A stretch of 35,920 nucleotides of DNA, from the IMG/VR virus record IMGVR_UViG_3300037522_000142, positions 1 to 35,920 of that record. The stretch is one strand, 5' to 3'. A program made the position numbers and the translations under genes. This DNA comes from a virus (Duplodnaviria > Caudoviricetes). The notes under the pieces are model-generated. The model was not told the DNA's origin. It searched no databases and saw only the letters and a program-made list of their open reading frames with translations. Of the stretch, positions 16,837 through 26,311 are shown one piece after another (within the stretch, counting starts at the first letter, position 1; every line of letters starts with the position of its first letter).

Positions 16837-17831
16837 CAGCCTCCTTCGCTGCTGGTGACCTGCAGGACGCCTTCGATCACAGCCGAGACGAGCAGCGCCG
16901 CCTCGAGGAACTGAGGCGGAGGCTCACCGCCGGTGACTGTGACCGTCTTGGCGGTCTCGGTCTCGGAGGCTTTCCCGACGGTGATCGTCACCGGTCCGGG
17001 GGCCGCGGTGACCGTCTTCGCCGTCTCTGTCTCCGCTGCAGTCCCGACGGTGATCGTCACCGTCGATGAGACCGTGATCGGCTTGGCGGTCTCGGTCTCG
17101 GAGGCTTTCCCGACGGTGATCGTCACCGGTCCGGGGGCCGCGGTGACCGTCTTCGCCGTCTCTGTCTCCGCTGCAGTCCCGACGGTGATCGTCACCGTCG
17201 ATGAGACCGTGATCGGCTTGGCGGTCTCGGTCTCGGAGGCGGACCCGACGGAGACGGCGACCGGGCCGGGAGCCGCGGTGACCGTCTTGGCGGTTTCGGT
17301 CTCTGTGGCCTTCCCGACGGTGATCGACTGCAACGGTGGGGCCGAAGTCCACGGAGCGGTGACCTCGTTGTTGGTTCCGCCGTGAGCGACGGTGATCGTG
17401 TCTGCGCCACCATGATCCCTGGTGGACCGGATTCGGTAGACGACTTTGAGCCGGTCGCCGGCCGCCCAGGTACCCAGGTCGATCGCGGTGCGGGTGAAGG
17501 TCTTGACACCTGCAGTCGCCTGCTGTTCGGCGGTGAACGCCGAGATCGCCTGCTGAACCCCTGCCGAGTTGACCCTGGCCACCGCGACGGAGATCTCGTA
17601 GGAGGTGGCCCCGGTGGTGATATCCAGCTCGACGGCGTAGTCGCCGGTGATCCCGTCCGCGCCGGGTACGCCCACGTCGGTGAACCCGAGCGAATCTTCG
17701 GTTGCCAAGTTGACGACCGAGAACGACGACGACCCGGTGGCGTCGGCAGCCGGATCGAGGACCGCCTTGGTGAAATCGGCCCCGCCGGTAAGACCGGAGT
17801 TGGTGTCGGTCCGCCGGTAGGTGGTGCTCAT
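16836..17831 (-). CDS. Thr/Val-rich repeat structural protein (putative neck/head fibre)
   Basis: Six 22-23-aa repeats of the form VG.A.ETETAK.VT. Confidence 0.7.
   Translation of the reverse strand: MSTTYRRTDTNSGLTGGADFTKAVLDPAADATGSSSFSVVNLATEDSLGFTDVGVPGADGITGDYAVELDITTGATSYEISVAVARVNSAGVQQAISAFTAEQQATAGVKTFTRTAIDLGTWAAGDRLKVVYRIRSTRDHGGADTITVAHGGTNNEVTAPWTSAPPLQSITVGKATETETAKTVTAAPGPVAVSVGSASETETAKPITVSSTVTITVGTAAETETAKTVTAAPGPVTITVGKASETETAKPITVSSTVTITVGTAAETETAKTVTAAPGPVTITVGKASETETAKTVTVTGGEPPPQFLEAALLVSAVIEGVLQVTSSEGG
16947..17240. repeat. Exact 135-bp tandem duplication (~2.2 copies)
   Basis: Copies start at 16947, 17082 and 17217. Confidence 0.9.
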
Positions 17832-18109
17832 GGGGTCACTTCCCGCCGTGCCAGGTCATGGACCCTCCGGTACGACTCGCCGTCGGTCCACAGCCCCATC
17901 TTCACCGGCTCATCGGAACCTTCTGGGGTGCCCAGGTACTCGTAGATCGACAGCTCATTGCCGACCTCTTGGACAGTCGTTCCCGCTGGCAGGTGGTAGT
18001 AGACGACGCATTGGACCCCGAAAGGGGGAGCTTCGGCCCAGGTGCCGTCCTTCGAGGTGAAGGTGGAGCCGTCGGCGTAGAAGACGGCCCACGACTTGAT
18101 CGGCAGCAC
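17828..18109 (-). CDS. Hypothetical protein
   Basis: ORF with an ATGA overlap; W.VFYADGSTF..W.EAP..GVQ. Confidence 0.7.
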   Translation of the reverse strand: MLPIKSWAVFYADGSTFTSKDGTWAEAPPFGVQCVVYYHLPAGTTVQEVGNELSIYEYLGTPEGSDEPVKMGLWTDGESYRRVHDLARREVTP

Positions 18110-18568
18110 TCAGGCGCTACCGTACCAGCCGTTGGCGGCGTCGAAGTCGGCGACGATGTCACCGCCGTTGGGGGTGACGGAGAAGTCGTGGTGGGTGAGT
18201 GGGATGATGTTGGCGTCGGTGCCGGCGCCGGTGTCGTCGTCGTAGACCATCAGCAGTTTCACCCACACCTCAGCAGCGGCCTGGCTGATCGCCGGGAACG
18301 TCTCGTCGGTGGCGACGATCTTGGCGGTGTTGGCGGTGTCATCCACTGAGGCGACGACACCGTCGGCGGTGCCCCGGGCGTATCCGGTGGACGTGGCCTC
18401 CGTGTTACCGGCCGCGGCGATGAGCGCGCTCAGGTCGTCGTAGTTGTTGAGCACGTCGTCGGCTTCGGTCGCCTCGAGGATGACGATGAGGATGGCGTCG
18501 GCGGCAGCGGGGAGTCCCGCGTAGTACGCGGCTTTCCCTCGAGCGATGTTCATGACCTGGTTTGCCAT
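18110..18568 (-). CDS. Putative virion structural protein
   Basis: MANQVMNIARG...TPNGGDI resembles actinophage virion proteins; TGATG coupling. Confidence 0.7.
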   Translation of the reverse strand: MANQVMNIARGKAAYYAGLPAAADAILIVILEATEADDVLNNYDDLSALIAAAGNTEATSTGYARGTADGVVASVDDTANTAKIVATDETFPAISQAAAEVWVKLLMVYDDDTGAGTDANIIPLTHHDFSVTPNGGDIVADFDAANGWYGSA

Positions 18569-18933
18569 CAGTGTCCTTTGAGTAGGTCGACGCCGAAGCG
18601 GTCGACGAGTTCGAGATGCGCCAACGCGAGCCGGACCGCTTGTCCGGTCCGTACGATCTGGGGTTCTAGGAGCCGGGCGGTGAAGGTGCGGCCCTCATAT
18701 ACGAAGAGGAGCCGGTCGAAGGTTTCGACGGAGGACGGGGTCCACACGAGATCCGACGGGTTGCCGTGGTCGTCGATGAGGATCGGGATGACCGCGACGG
18801 TGCGTGATCCGTCACGCAGGTAGCAGCGGAGCTCGCCGTCGAACCCGCCCCGCAGGGGGGCGGCGTGTTCCCGTTCGTGAGCGGGATGCACCCGGACCCG
18901 TTGCGTGTAGGGGTGACCGTTGGACTGGAACAC
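18568..18933 (-). CDS. Hypothetical protein
   Basis: ORF fills the operon gap. Confidence 0.6.
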   Translation of the reverse strand: MFQSNGHPYTQRVRVHPAHEREHAAPLRGGFDGELRCYLRDGSRTVAVIPILIDDHGNPSDLVWTPSSVETFDRLLFVYEGRTFTARLLEPQIVRTGQAVRLALAHLELVDRFGVDLLKGH

Positions 18934-18935
18934 GT

Positions 18936-19259
18936 TCAGTTCGAGGACTTCTTCCGCCGCTTCGGCTTCGCGGGCTCCTCTACGGCGGCCTCGGCCTCGG
19001 GTTCGGCCGTCTCGACCGGGGGCTCCTCGGCCGATGCTTCGGCGGCAGGGCCCTCCGCGGATGCGGCTTCCGCCTCAGCCGGGGACTCCTCTTCGACAGC
19101 CGTGAACGGTGCCGCAGCGATGTCGATGAGCCCATATCTGGCTGCGTCGGCAGCCGGGATCTCTGCGCCTGCACCGGCGAAGAGCCATCTGGCAGCCGGG
19201 TCGCCTTCGGGGACGATCCGGTCGTCTTCGGTCCTGTAGAGCCGTTCCGTCGCGATCAT
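18936..19259 (-). CDS. Small head-associated protein with an acidic linker and basic tail
   Basis: RLYRTEDDRIVPEGDP...AARYGL, then an EA-rich linker and KPKRRKK; AAAGGA RBS. Confidence 0.75.
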   Translation of the reverse strand: MIATERLYRTEDDRIVPEGDPAARWLFAGAGAEIPAADAARYGLIDIAAAPFTAVEEESPAEAEAASAEGPAAEASAEEPPVETAEPEAEAAVEEPAKPKRRKKSSN

Positions 19260-19269
19260 GATGTTCCTT

Positions 19270-19656
19270 TCAGGCGAGGTGGGCTGACACCGAGTACGTG
19301 ATCGAGTCGGCGTCGGCGTGGACCGCGGTCAGCGTCCATTCGTTGGGGATCAGGTCCTTGGCGATCAGGTTCGCTGAGACGGTGAGTTCCGGGTGGATTC
19401 GCAAGACGGTGGTGCCGATGCCGGTGATCGCCGCGGATGCGAGGATCGTGTAGGTCTCACCGGACACCGGATCCGATCCGAGGATGGTGAACACCACCGA
19501 CGGTGTCGCCGACGCCGCGGTGACATCGATGACGAGCACCATCCCGGCGACGCTCCCGGAGGTGTTTTTGAAGGTGTCGACGGTGGGTGTCGCGGTGCGG
19601 GCCGCTGAGGCGAGCACCGTGACCGCTTCACCACGTCGAACGCGTTGGGTAGCCAT
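19270..19656 (-). CDS. Putative head decoration protein
   Basis: Beta-rich; follows the capsid gene; TGATG coupling. Confidence 0.65.
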   Translation of the reverse strand: MATQRVRRGEAVTVLASAARTATPTVDTFKNTSGSVAGMVLVIDVTAASATPSVVFTILGSDPVSGETYTILASAAITGIGTTVLRIHPELTVSANLIAKDLIPNEWTLTAVHADADSITYSVSAHLA

Positions 19657-20042
19657 CAGGCAGCGAAGGTGATCGCGCCGGAGGCAGCCAGTTCACCGTT
19701 CGGGAGAACGACGATCAGGTAAAAGGTGTCCGTGCCGGCTTCGGTGATGTTGATGTCGATGTCGCCGTCGGCTTCTGATGTGAGCATGAACGCCTTCTTG
19801 GCGACCACGTCGATCATCAGACCGTCGGTACCGATCGCGACCGCGCCGGATGGGGCGGTGGCGACGACCGAGTCGCCGGCGGCGTCGTCGGACAGGTAGG
19901 CGAACACGGAGGCCCGCTGGGCGAGGGCGCCCTTGCCGTTCAACTGGACGGCGACGTTGATGACGTCGCCGGCTTCTGCGCCGACGGTGAAGCCGACAGA
20001 TGAGATCAGGTTCCGTTTCCGAGCTCCGGCAACGGTGGCCAT
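19656..20042 (-). CDS. Putative head decoration protein
   Basis: Beta-rich; first gene after the capsid gene. Confidence 0.65.
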   Translation of the reverse strand: MATVAGARKRNLISSVGFTVGAEAGDVINVAVQLNGKGALAQRASVFAYLSDDAAGDSVVATAPSGAVAIGTDGLMIDVVAKKAFMLTSEADGDIDINITEAGTDTFYLIVVLPNGELAASGAITFAA

Positions 20043-20064
20043 GGGTTACCCCTTTATGGGTTGG

Positions 20065-20100
20065 GAGGGTGGGTGGACCCCGCAAGGTCCACCCACCCTC
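20065..20100 (-). terminator. 15-bp stem hairpin downstream of the major capsid gene
   Basis: GAGGGTGGGTGGACC-CCGCAA-GGTCCACCCACCCTC; no U tract. Confidence 0.7.
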
Positions 20101-20112
20101 TGCTGGTTACGG

Positions 20113-21351
20113 TCAGAGACCGGTGACCTCGGCGAAGGCCTTGGGCCGGTAGTGGGCCATGGCGACCCGGAGGTCGGCACGGATGGCCTGCTTGCCCTTG
20201 ATGAAGAAGTCGTCGTGGCTGTTGGACACCTGGACATCGACGCCTCTACGGACGTAGAGGGTCGAGTGGTTCAGGTAGTCGCCGAGAACCGCCTTGGTCG
20301 CGGTGACCGCGTTGGTCTTGACGACCGGGACTCCCCAGATCGTCATCGGTCCGGCCTGGGACGGATGGCCCCAGATGTAGATCCCGTCGGCGGTCTGCGC
20401 CAGGACGACGCTCTGCCACTTGGCGGCACGGATGAACACGGCGCTGGGATCAGCGAACCCGTCGTCGTTGACCAACACGATCGCCTTGTAGATGGCGTCT
20501 GGGATCGAGTCGGCTCCGAGAGCCTGCACTTGGATACCCGTGACGTTCTCCGTGCCCTCGATGAACGGGGTGACCCCGGATCCCACGAGGACCTGCGAGT
20601 CGAGTCGCTGCCGGACCATGAAGCCGAGCCGCTGGTCGACGTACGCCGCGGCCTCCTCCTCATCCTCGAGCTGCTGGTCGGTGACCGGGAGAAATGCCTT
20701 GACCGTCTCGACCGGCTTGGATCGCTCGGTGAGGACCAGGGCCCCTTCACCGTACAGGCCGCCTTCAGCGGTCTCAGCAGCGTTGTTAGTGAAGGTGGTT
20801 TCCTCCATGAACTTCACGGACGACTGCCTGGTGGGCAGGGTCGGGATGAAGTCCACGACATGTGGGGCCGGTCGGGTCGGGAACAGGGAAACGATCCCGG
20901 TCCGGGTCGACTCGGGGGCCCATCCGGCGGTTGTTTCGAACAGCGTGTTTTTGATGTTCGGGACCTTGAGCGCGGCTACCGGACCCGTGCCCTGACCGGC
21001 CCTGTAGCCCTTGTAAGCGTCCGATTCGACGAACAGCTGACCGAGGCTCTTCACCGCGCCCTGCAGCGCACCGGGTTCGCCGGGTTCGGAGCCGGCTTCG
21101 ATGGCCTCACGCTCCTCGCCGGCCGCCTTGGCGGCACGCTCGAGGTCGCGGAGCTTCTCGAACTCGGCCTTGAGCTCGTCGATCTCGGTGTTCTTGGCGC
21201 GGATCCACTCGACCTTGGCATGGGAATCGCCAGTCAGGCTGGTGACCTTGTCCATGTCACGGTCGGGACCCGCTGCGTCGAAGACGGCTTTGAGCTCGTC
21301 TCGCTTGGCGTTGAGACGCTCCTGCGTCTCCTTGAGCTTGGGGAACGACAT
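20113..21351 (-). CDS. HK97-fold major capsid protein
   Basis: Coiled-coil delta domain followed by AAETAEG, IWGVPVV and AIRADLRVAMAHYRPKAF. Confidence 0.95.
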   Translation of the reverse strand: MSFPKLKETQERLNAKRDELKAVFDAAGPDRDMDKVTSLTGDSHAKVEWIRAKNTEIDELKAEFEKLRDLERAAKAAGEEREAIEAGSEPGEPGALQGAVKSLGQLFVESDAYKGYRAGQGTGPVAALKVPNIKNTLFETTAGWAPESTRTGIVSLFPTRPAPHVVDFIPTLPTRQSSVKFMEETTFTNNAAETAEGGLYGEGALVLTERSKPVETVKAFLPVTDQQLEDEEEAAAYVDQRLGFMVRQRLDSQVLVGSGVTPFIEGTENVTGIQVQALGADSIPDAIYKAIVLVNDDGFADPSAVFIRAAKWQSVVLAQTADGIYIWGHPSQAGPMTIWGVPVVKTNAVTATKAVLGDYLNHSTLYVRRGVDVQVSNSHDDFFIKGKQAIRADLRVAMAHYRPKAFAEVTGL

Positions 21352-21353
21352 TT

Positions 21354-22199
21354 TCAGTCTCCTTGAGTGATGTCGACGAACCGCAGGTACTCTGCGAGCA
21401 CGTCGTCGGTGGGTGACGCGAGGGCGTCGTTCAGGCGGTTGTGGGCGGCCTCGAGCCGTTCGAACGACTCGACGGAGTCGTCTGAAAGCGGCGGCTTGCC
21501 CTGTTCGCGTCGGAAGGCGATGACCTCCTCAGCGCGGGTGATGAGCTGCTCGACGTCGGTGACGACCGACGCTGCCTGCTCTGAGAATCTGAGTTCGCGG
21601 GCCATGTTGCTGGCCTCCTGACGGGCGGGTTTGACGACCTCGTCGGCGAGGCCCGCTTCGACGGCCTCCTCTGCGGTGAACCAGGACCCGGCGTTCATCA
21701 GCACGAGCCAGTGGTCGACGGGCTTGTCGCTGCGTTCCGCGTAGATGCCGGCGAGGACGCTGGTCTGCATGTCGAGCACATCTGCCATTTCCCGCATGTC
21801 TCCGGCGTCACCGATGGCGAGACCCCAGGCGTTGTGGATCATCTGCTGTGACGCGGTGAGCATGACCCGGTGGTCGCCGGCCTGGACGACGATCGAAGCG
21901 GCGGAGGCGGCCATCGAATCGACCCGAGTCGTTACCCGGGCCGGGTGGGCGCGGAGCGCGTTATAGATGGCGATCCCGGCGAACACGTCGCCGCCAGGGG
22001 ATGAGATCTGGACCATGATCTCGGCAGCGGTGACCTCGGCGAGCTCGCGGGCGAAGTCCTCCTCCGTGATCCCGAAGTAGCCGATCTCCTCGTAGATGCG
22101 GATCTGCGCGGGGCCATCGGTGCCGGTCTTGTTGGAGATCGAGTACCAGCTGCCCGCCGCGCGGGGCATCCGGTCAAGGATCTTCCTGCGGTCGATCAT
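21354..22199 (-). CDS. ClpP-type prohead protease
   Basis: ISSPGGDVFAG, MAASAAS, MIHNAW and WFTAEEAVEAGLAD; start re-called at the ATGA overlap. Confidence 0.93.
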   Translation of the reverse strand: MIDRRKILDRMPRAAGSWYSISNKTGTDGPAQIRIYEEIGYFGITEEDFARELAEVTAAEIMVQISSPGGDVFAGIAIYNALRAHPARVTTRVDSMAASAASIVVQAGDHRVMLTASQQMIHNAWGLAIGDAGDMREMADVLDMQTSVLAGIYAERSDKPVDHWLVLMNAGSWFTAEEAVEAGLADEVVKPARQEASNMARELRFSEQAASVVTDVEQLITRAEEVIAFRREQGKPPLSDDSVESFERLEAAHNRLNDALASPTDDVLAEYLRFVDITQGD

Positions 22200-23452
22200 T
22201 CGGACCCTCCTGGGGCTTGGAGTTGGACGGAATAGAGGCCGGAGTGGACGAGGCGGGTGAAGTCGCCGGTGGTGACGGCTTCGACCACTGATGCGGGGTT
22301 GTATCCAGCGTCGGTGAGGCGGGCGATCGTCTCCGCTTGGGTCTTGTCGATGTCCGCCTCCTCCTTGGCGTCCTCGCGAAGGAAGGGGATGTCCCGGTCG
22401 TCGTACCAGAGTTCCGTCGTCGGATCCGGCCTGGTGAGTACCCGTTGCGCGGAGGCGGACACGGACCGCCACAAGGGTCGAAGGGTGCCGTCGGCGAATC
22501 GGCGTCTTGCGGCTGCGAAGTTCCCGGCGTTGAGGCTGGAGCCGGCGAGGCCCTCCGAGAGGCCGACGATCACCGGGTGGACCCCGGCGGCGGCCGCGAT
22601 CCGGGTCTCGCCGGCACCCTGAGTGACCTTGAAGTCGAGCTGCTCGAGGTTCGCTCCGACGACGGTGGCGTCGGCACCGCCGCCGAGATGCATCGTCTTG
22701 TAGGCGTTGTGGACGCCTTCGTGCCGTTCCTTGAACGAGGCGACGAAATGGTCGAAGTCGGCGGTCGAGACCGATGCGTCGTAGGAGACGACGAGGCCGG
22801 GGATGGCGCCGTTCTCGAAGAAGCGTTGCTTGTGCTTGGTGGCCGCCGAATCCGATTTGATCTCGTTGAGGACCGGGGTGAGCCACGACATGCCCCGCCA
22901 CTGCGCCGCCGGATCCGGGATCGGTGAGTAGTGGATCACCTCAGCCGGGGTCAGCAGCGTCGGGTCGCCCCTGGGCGGCGAGTAGATGTACAGGACCGGT
23001 TTGGCGTCGACCGCGTACGGGTTGTCGTCCTCGGAGCCGGTGACGATCGTCACCCAATCCGGACGCAGGTTGCGGATCCGGCCGTCGATCTTCGCCCCGT
23101 AGTAGTTACCGGCGAGGGACGCCCCTTGCTCGCAGTGGGCGAGCAGTTCGCCGGTGGTTCCGTTGGGCCACGGTTCTTTGAGCAGGTCCAGTTCGGCGTT
23201 GTCGAACAGCTCCCCGGGACGGCCGTCGGTGATGGTCCGCCACAGGAACCGGGCTTCTGAGAACACGAGGAGTCGGGCGAGGATGCATGCAAAGACCACG
23301 CCGTTCGACTTGTAGGCGTCCCGGACGTACCCCAGGTAGTCGTTGCCGATCGTCTCTTTCTCGCCGAGGCTGCCCATGAACATCAGCGGCGGGCGCTGCG
23401 CCCAGAACGGTGGTTCCGACCAGGCGTTGAGTACCCGGCGCAGGACCCTCAT
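22196..23452 (-). CDS. HK97-family portal protein
   Basis: VFACI, GNYY, GMSWL, FFENGAIPG and IAAAAGVHP motifs. Confidence 0.93.
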   Translation of the reverse strand: MRVLRRVLNAWSEPPFWAQRPPLMFMGSLGEKETIGNDYLGYVRDAYKSNGVVFACILARLLVFSEARFLWRTITDGRPGELFDNAELDLLKEPWPNGTTGELLAHCEQGASLAGNYYGAKIDGRIRNLRPDWVTIVTGSEDDNPYAVDAKPVLYIYSPPRGDPTLLTPAEVIHYSPIPDPAAQWRGMSWLTPVLNEIKSDSAATKHKQRFFENGAIPGLVVSYDASVSTADFDHFVASFKERHEGVHNAYKTMHLGGGADATVVGANLEQLDFKVTQGAGETRIAAAAGVHPVIVGLSEGLAGSSLNAGNFAAARRRFADGTLRPLWRSVSASAQRVLTRPDPTTELWYDDRDIPFLREDAKEEADIDKTQAETIARLTDAGYNPASVVEAVTTGDFTRLVHSGLYSVQLQAPGGSE

Positions 23453-23607
23453 CGGCGGGTCTCGGCAAGCACGAGCCACGCCCATCCGCCGAGAAGGACT
23501 CCGCCGACGATCAATCCGGACGGCCTGTGAACTGACCCGACCCCTGCGACCACCAGGCTGCAGGCGATCGCAGTGAGAGCGGCGAACAAGGACTCTCGGA
23601 AGGTCAT
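23449..23607 (-). CDS. Small two-TM membrane protein between terminase and portal
   Basis: 52-aa hydrophobic ORF; GAGGAG RBS; ATGA overlap with the portal start. Confidence 0.7.
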   Translation of the reverse strand: MTFRESLFAALTAIACSLVVAGVGSVHRPSGLIVGGVLLGGWAWLVLAETRR

Positions 23608-23618
23608 GGCGGGCTCCT

Positions 23619-25187
23619 CTACGTGAAGGCGACGAGCGGCACGGTCGCCTCGAGGGCCCCGGCTGCGATGGCATCCCCCCGGGCTTCGTAGGACAGGACC
23701 GCGGCGGTAGCGCCGTCGATCTTGAGGGCCGGGGTCTCCTTGGTGATCACCCACATCTGCCGGCGCTTGTCGTCGTAGATGTTCACTGCTTGGCGTACCG
23801 CGTTGCCGATGTGCCGGTCGAGGACCGGGTCACCGTCGTGGGTGAGATCCCCGGCAGTCACCGCTGCCGTGTGGGCACGCACCGCGTAGGCCATCGCCTT
23901 CTGCCGGTTCGTCCACCAGGCGAGAACCTTCTTGTCGGACCAGCGGCCCTGCCAGCGGTCGAGGAGCCCCTCGATGTATTGGGGGTCGACATAGACCCGC
24001 CACACCTTGAACTCGTCGAACGCGTCGGACATGACACCGTCGACGTCGTCGAGGGGATGCTCGTGGTCGTCGTCGCCGGGCGGGGATTCCCAGATTCCGA
24101 GCGGCCACTGGTGGCCGGTCGCTACGTCTGTGGCGACGACCGCGAGCGAGTCGCCGAAGCGGGCTCCGTCGACGCCGATGACGATCACCGACCCCGCCAC
24201 CGGACGCTTCGCGGGGGACGCCTTGGCTCTCCATGCCTTGATGTCGTAGGCGGCGGCGGCGGATTGGCGGACCCGGTTGGCGAAGAAGCGTTCGGCTTGC
24301 GCGACGTCGTTGAGTCCGATGAGTTCGATGACTTCGGATTCGACGCGGGCCAGATCCACCCACCAGGACCCCTCATACCCTCTGCGGAGCACCTTCTTGC
24401 GTTCGCGGGGGTTGGTGAGGTCACCGGGACCCGAGTCGATGAGCATCTTGTAGACGCCGGGGGTCTTCGACTCGTAGGTCTGTTGGGCGACGGAGTGCTG
24501 GGTGGGGTTCCAGGCGTTGCCCGTGGCCAACCATCTGCCGCCCATGCCGGCGATGTTCCGGCGTTGGGTGTCGGCGAGGTTCCGGCCGCCGTTGCTGGGC
24601 GTCCAGTCATGCTCTTCGTCTTGGACCGCGAAGGTGAGCCGCTGACCGAGTCGGGATCTCGCTGAGGCGGTGACCCGTTCGATGCGGCCGCCCTCACGGA
24701 GGTTGATCCGGGTTTCGCCGATGTCGGGGATCACCGTGGCGAGGGGACCTTCGGCGATCATCGGCATCAGGGCCCGCCACACGTTGGCGGTCTGCGCCTC
24801 CGAGACCGCGGTGACCTGGATCCAGGGCGTCGACCAGGGCCGCCCGACGGGTTCACCGTCTGCGTCCCAGCCGTCGAACACGACCGGGCCCTCCGCCTCC
24901 GCGGCGGTGACAGCCGCCGCCAACGGTCCTTTACCCCACTTCTGCGGTGCTACCAGTTGCCCGCCGCGCTCATACACGAACGCCCGGGACGGTCGGCCCT
25001 CACGGACCTTCGCGGCCGGGTGGAGGCGGTAGTACCAGAGAAGAAACAGCGCCTGCTTCTCTGACAGTCGCAGCGGTTCGCCCGCATGGTCACCGTCGGG
25101 AATCACGCAGAGCGATTCGATCCAGTCGGCGACCACATAGCCGAGTGTCGGGAACTCGCCTTCGACCTCCGCGCCCCTCCAGGGCAT
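23619..25187 (-). CDS. terL: Terminase large subunit
   Basis: APQKWGKGP Walker A, VQDE Walker B, and nuclease motifs GVDG..GDS and KIDG. Confidence 0.92.
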   Translation of the reverse strand: MPWRGAEVEGEFPTLGYVVADWIESLCVIPDGDHAGEPLRLSEKQALFLLWYYRLHPAAKVREGRPSRAFVYERGGQLVAPQKWGKGPLAAAVTAAEAEGPVVFDGWDADGEPVGRPWSTPWIQVTAVSEAQTANVWRALMPMIAEGPLATVIPDIGETRINLREGGRIERVTASARSRLGQRLTFAVQDEEHDWTPSNGGRNLADTQRRNIAGMGGRWLATGNAWNPTQHSVAQQTYESKTPGVYKMLIDSGPGDLTNPRERKKVLRRGYEGSWWVDLARVESEVIELIGLNDVAQAERFFANRVRQSAAAAYDIKAWRAKASPAKRPVAGSVIVIGVDGARFGDSLAVVATDVATGHQWPLGIWESPPGDDDHEHPLDDVDGVMSDAFDEFKVWRVYVDPQYIEGLLDRWQGRWSDKKVLAWWTNRQKAMAYAVRAHTAAVTAGDLTHDGDPVLDRHIGNAVRQAVNIYDDKRRQMWVITKETPALKIDGATAAVLSYEARGDAIAAGALEATVPLVAFT

Positions 25188-25627
25188 CAGCCGGAGTCGA
25201 CGGCGCGGAGGCTACGAACGTTCGATCCCTTGCCACCGTCGATAACCTCGAGTTCCACTGGCACCTCCCCGGGGAGCAGCCAGCGGAGATCGCGGCGGCC
25301 CTTCGGGGACAGGCCCAGGGTGTCCTTGTAGAGGCGGATCTGGACAGCCATCGTCGACGTCGGCGAATCCCAGGCGACGTCGATCATCCGGAGGAGGAGC
25401 TCGACTGTGCCCCGGTCGCTGGCATCCCACATCGACGCCATCGGGGAAGCCCACCAGCGGACCCACTCCGCCTTCGCGTACGCGGAGAACCCGCCTTTCG
25501 GATACGGCTGAGGCAGACGCGGGGCCTTGACCTTCGGGCGGTCGAGAACCACCCACTCCCCTCGAGTCGGCTGGTTCCGGCGGCGGCGTGCGGTCGGATC
25601 TTTGGGCGCCGGGCCCCTACCAGCCAT
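25187..25627 (-). CDS. terS: Terminase small subunit
   Basis: MAGRGPAPK...RRRN, WWASPMA and LGLSPKGRRDLRW. Confidence 0.85.
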   Translation of the reverse strand: MAGRGPAPKDPTARRRRNQPTRGEWVVLDRPKVKAPRLPQPYPKGGFSAYAKAEWVRWWASPMASMWDASDRGTVELLLRMIDVAWDSPTSTMAVQIRLYKDTLGLSPKGRRDLRWLLPGEVPVELEVIDGGKGSNVRSLRAVDSG

Positions 25628-25669
25628 GACGGATCGTCATTTCTGAGAATCTCCAGACTCGGCTGACCC

Positions 25670-25745
25670 GTACAGAAGGCGAAAAGGCGGGCATGGTCTG
25701 GCGGGCGGGCGCGTTTTACGTCGCGACCCCTCCCCCCCGGCCGAA
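25670..25745. other. Possible cos region
   Basis: A G/C run at the HNH 3' end upstream of terS, the usual position in HNH-terS-terL cos phages; cut site not determined. Confidence 0.3.
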
Positions 25746-26045
25746 TCCGCCGTCATGGAGGGCGGTCTTGGCTGAGTGGCAGGATTGGCAAAGGGCTTGC
25801 AGGTTGGCCCAGCTGTTGTCGCCCCGGGGCCCTGACCCGTCACGGTGGTCTACGGCAGTGGCCGGTCTCGAGCATCGCTCGCAGTTGGGATGGGCAGCCA
25901 GGTAGGCCTTGCGGATCCGCTGCCAGGCAGCGTCGTAGCCTCGCTGCCAGGCTGTACCTCTGCGGTGCACCGGGCAGTGCCCCCCCTGGGTGATCTGTGG
26001 GCAGCCGGGTACTGAACAGACCCCGGCCCTCCGGCGGCGGCTCAT
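25716..26045 (-). CDS. HNH endonuclease (terminase-associated)
   Basis: CERC...VDH...NLQALCQSCHSAKT. Confidence 0.92.
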   Translation of the reverse strand: MSRRRRAGVCSVPGCPQITQGGHCPVHRRGTAWQRGYDAAWQRIRKAYLAAHPNCERCSRPATAVDHRDGSGPRGDNSWANLQALCQSCHSAKTALHDGGFGRGGGVAT

Positions 26046-26206
26046 CCGTCGGTGGGGTTGAGGCTGGCCACCCCACGCCGGGTAGCCCGGTTCGGGATGG
26101 AGACCAGCAGCCGCGCTGCACGACGCTGGACGTACCGGATGCGGGCATCTCGAGGTTCTCGGCCGCGAGCTCCCACGGTGCCAGGGACAACGATCGAATC
26201 CGTCAC
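26042..26206 (-). CDS. Small basic hypothetical protein
   Basis: GTG start, 54 aa, ATGA overlap with the HNH start; read by eye. Confidence 0.4.
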   Translation of the reverse strand: MTDSIVVPGTVGARGREPRDARIRYVQRRAARLLVSIPNRATRRGVASLNPTDG

Positions 26207-26209
26207 AGA

Positions 26210-26269
26210 TCAGTGACCTGTGAGCAGGAGGACCACACCGATGACGATGAGGATCAGACCCAGCGACAT
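26210..26269 (-). CDS. 19-aa hydrophobic peptide MSLGLILIVIGVVLLLTGH
   Basis: Strong AAGGAGG RBS upstream of the ATG. Confidence 0.55.
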   Translation of the reverse strand: MSLGLILIVIGVVLLLTGH

Positions 26270-26311
26270 TTCAGAAGGACCTCCTTAGAGAAGTGTCCGA
26301 GGGTGGGGCAA

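Noticed and set aside
7709-17831. Diversity-generating retroelement
   Set aside because: No reverse transcriptase and no adenine-mismatched TR/VR pair; the 135-bp repeats are exact tandem copies.
21354-23674. ORF-track long N-termini for the protease and portal (also the tape measure)
   Set aside because: The extensions overlap upstream genes; better starts lie at the coupled ATGA/TGATG sites.
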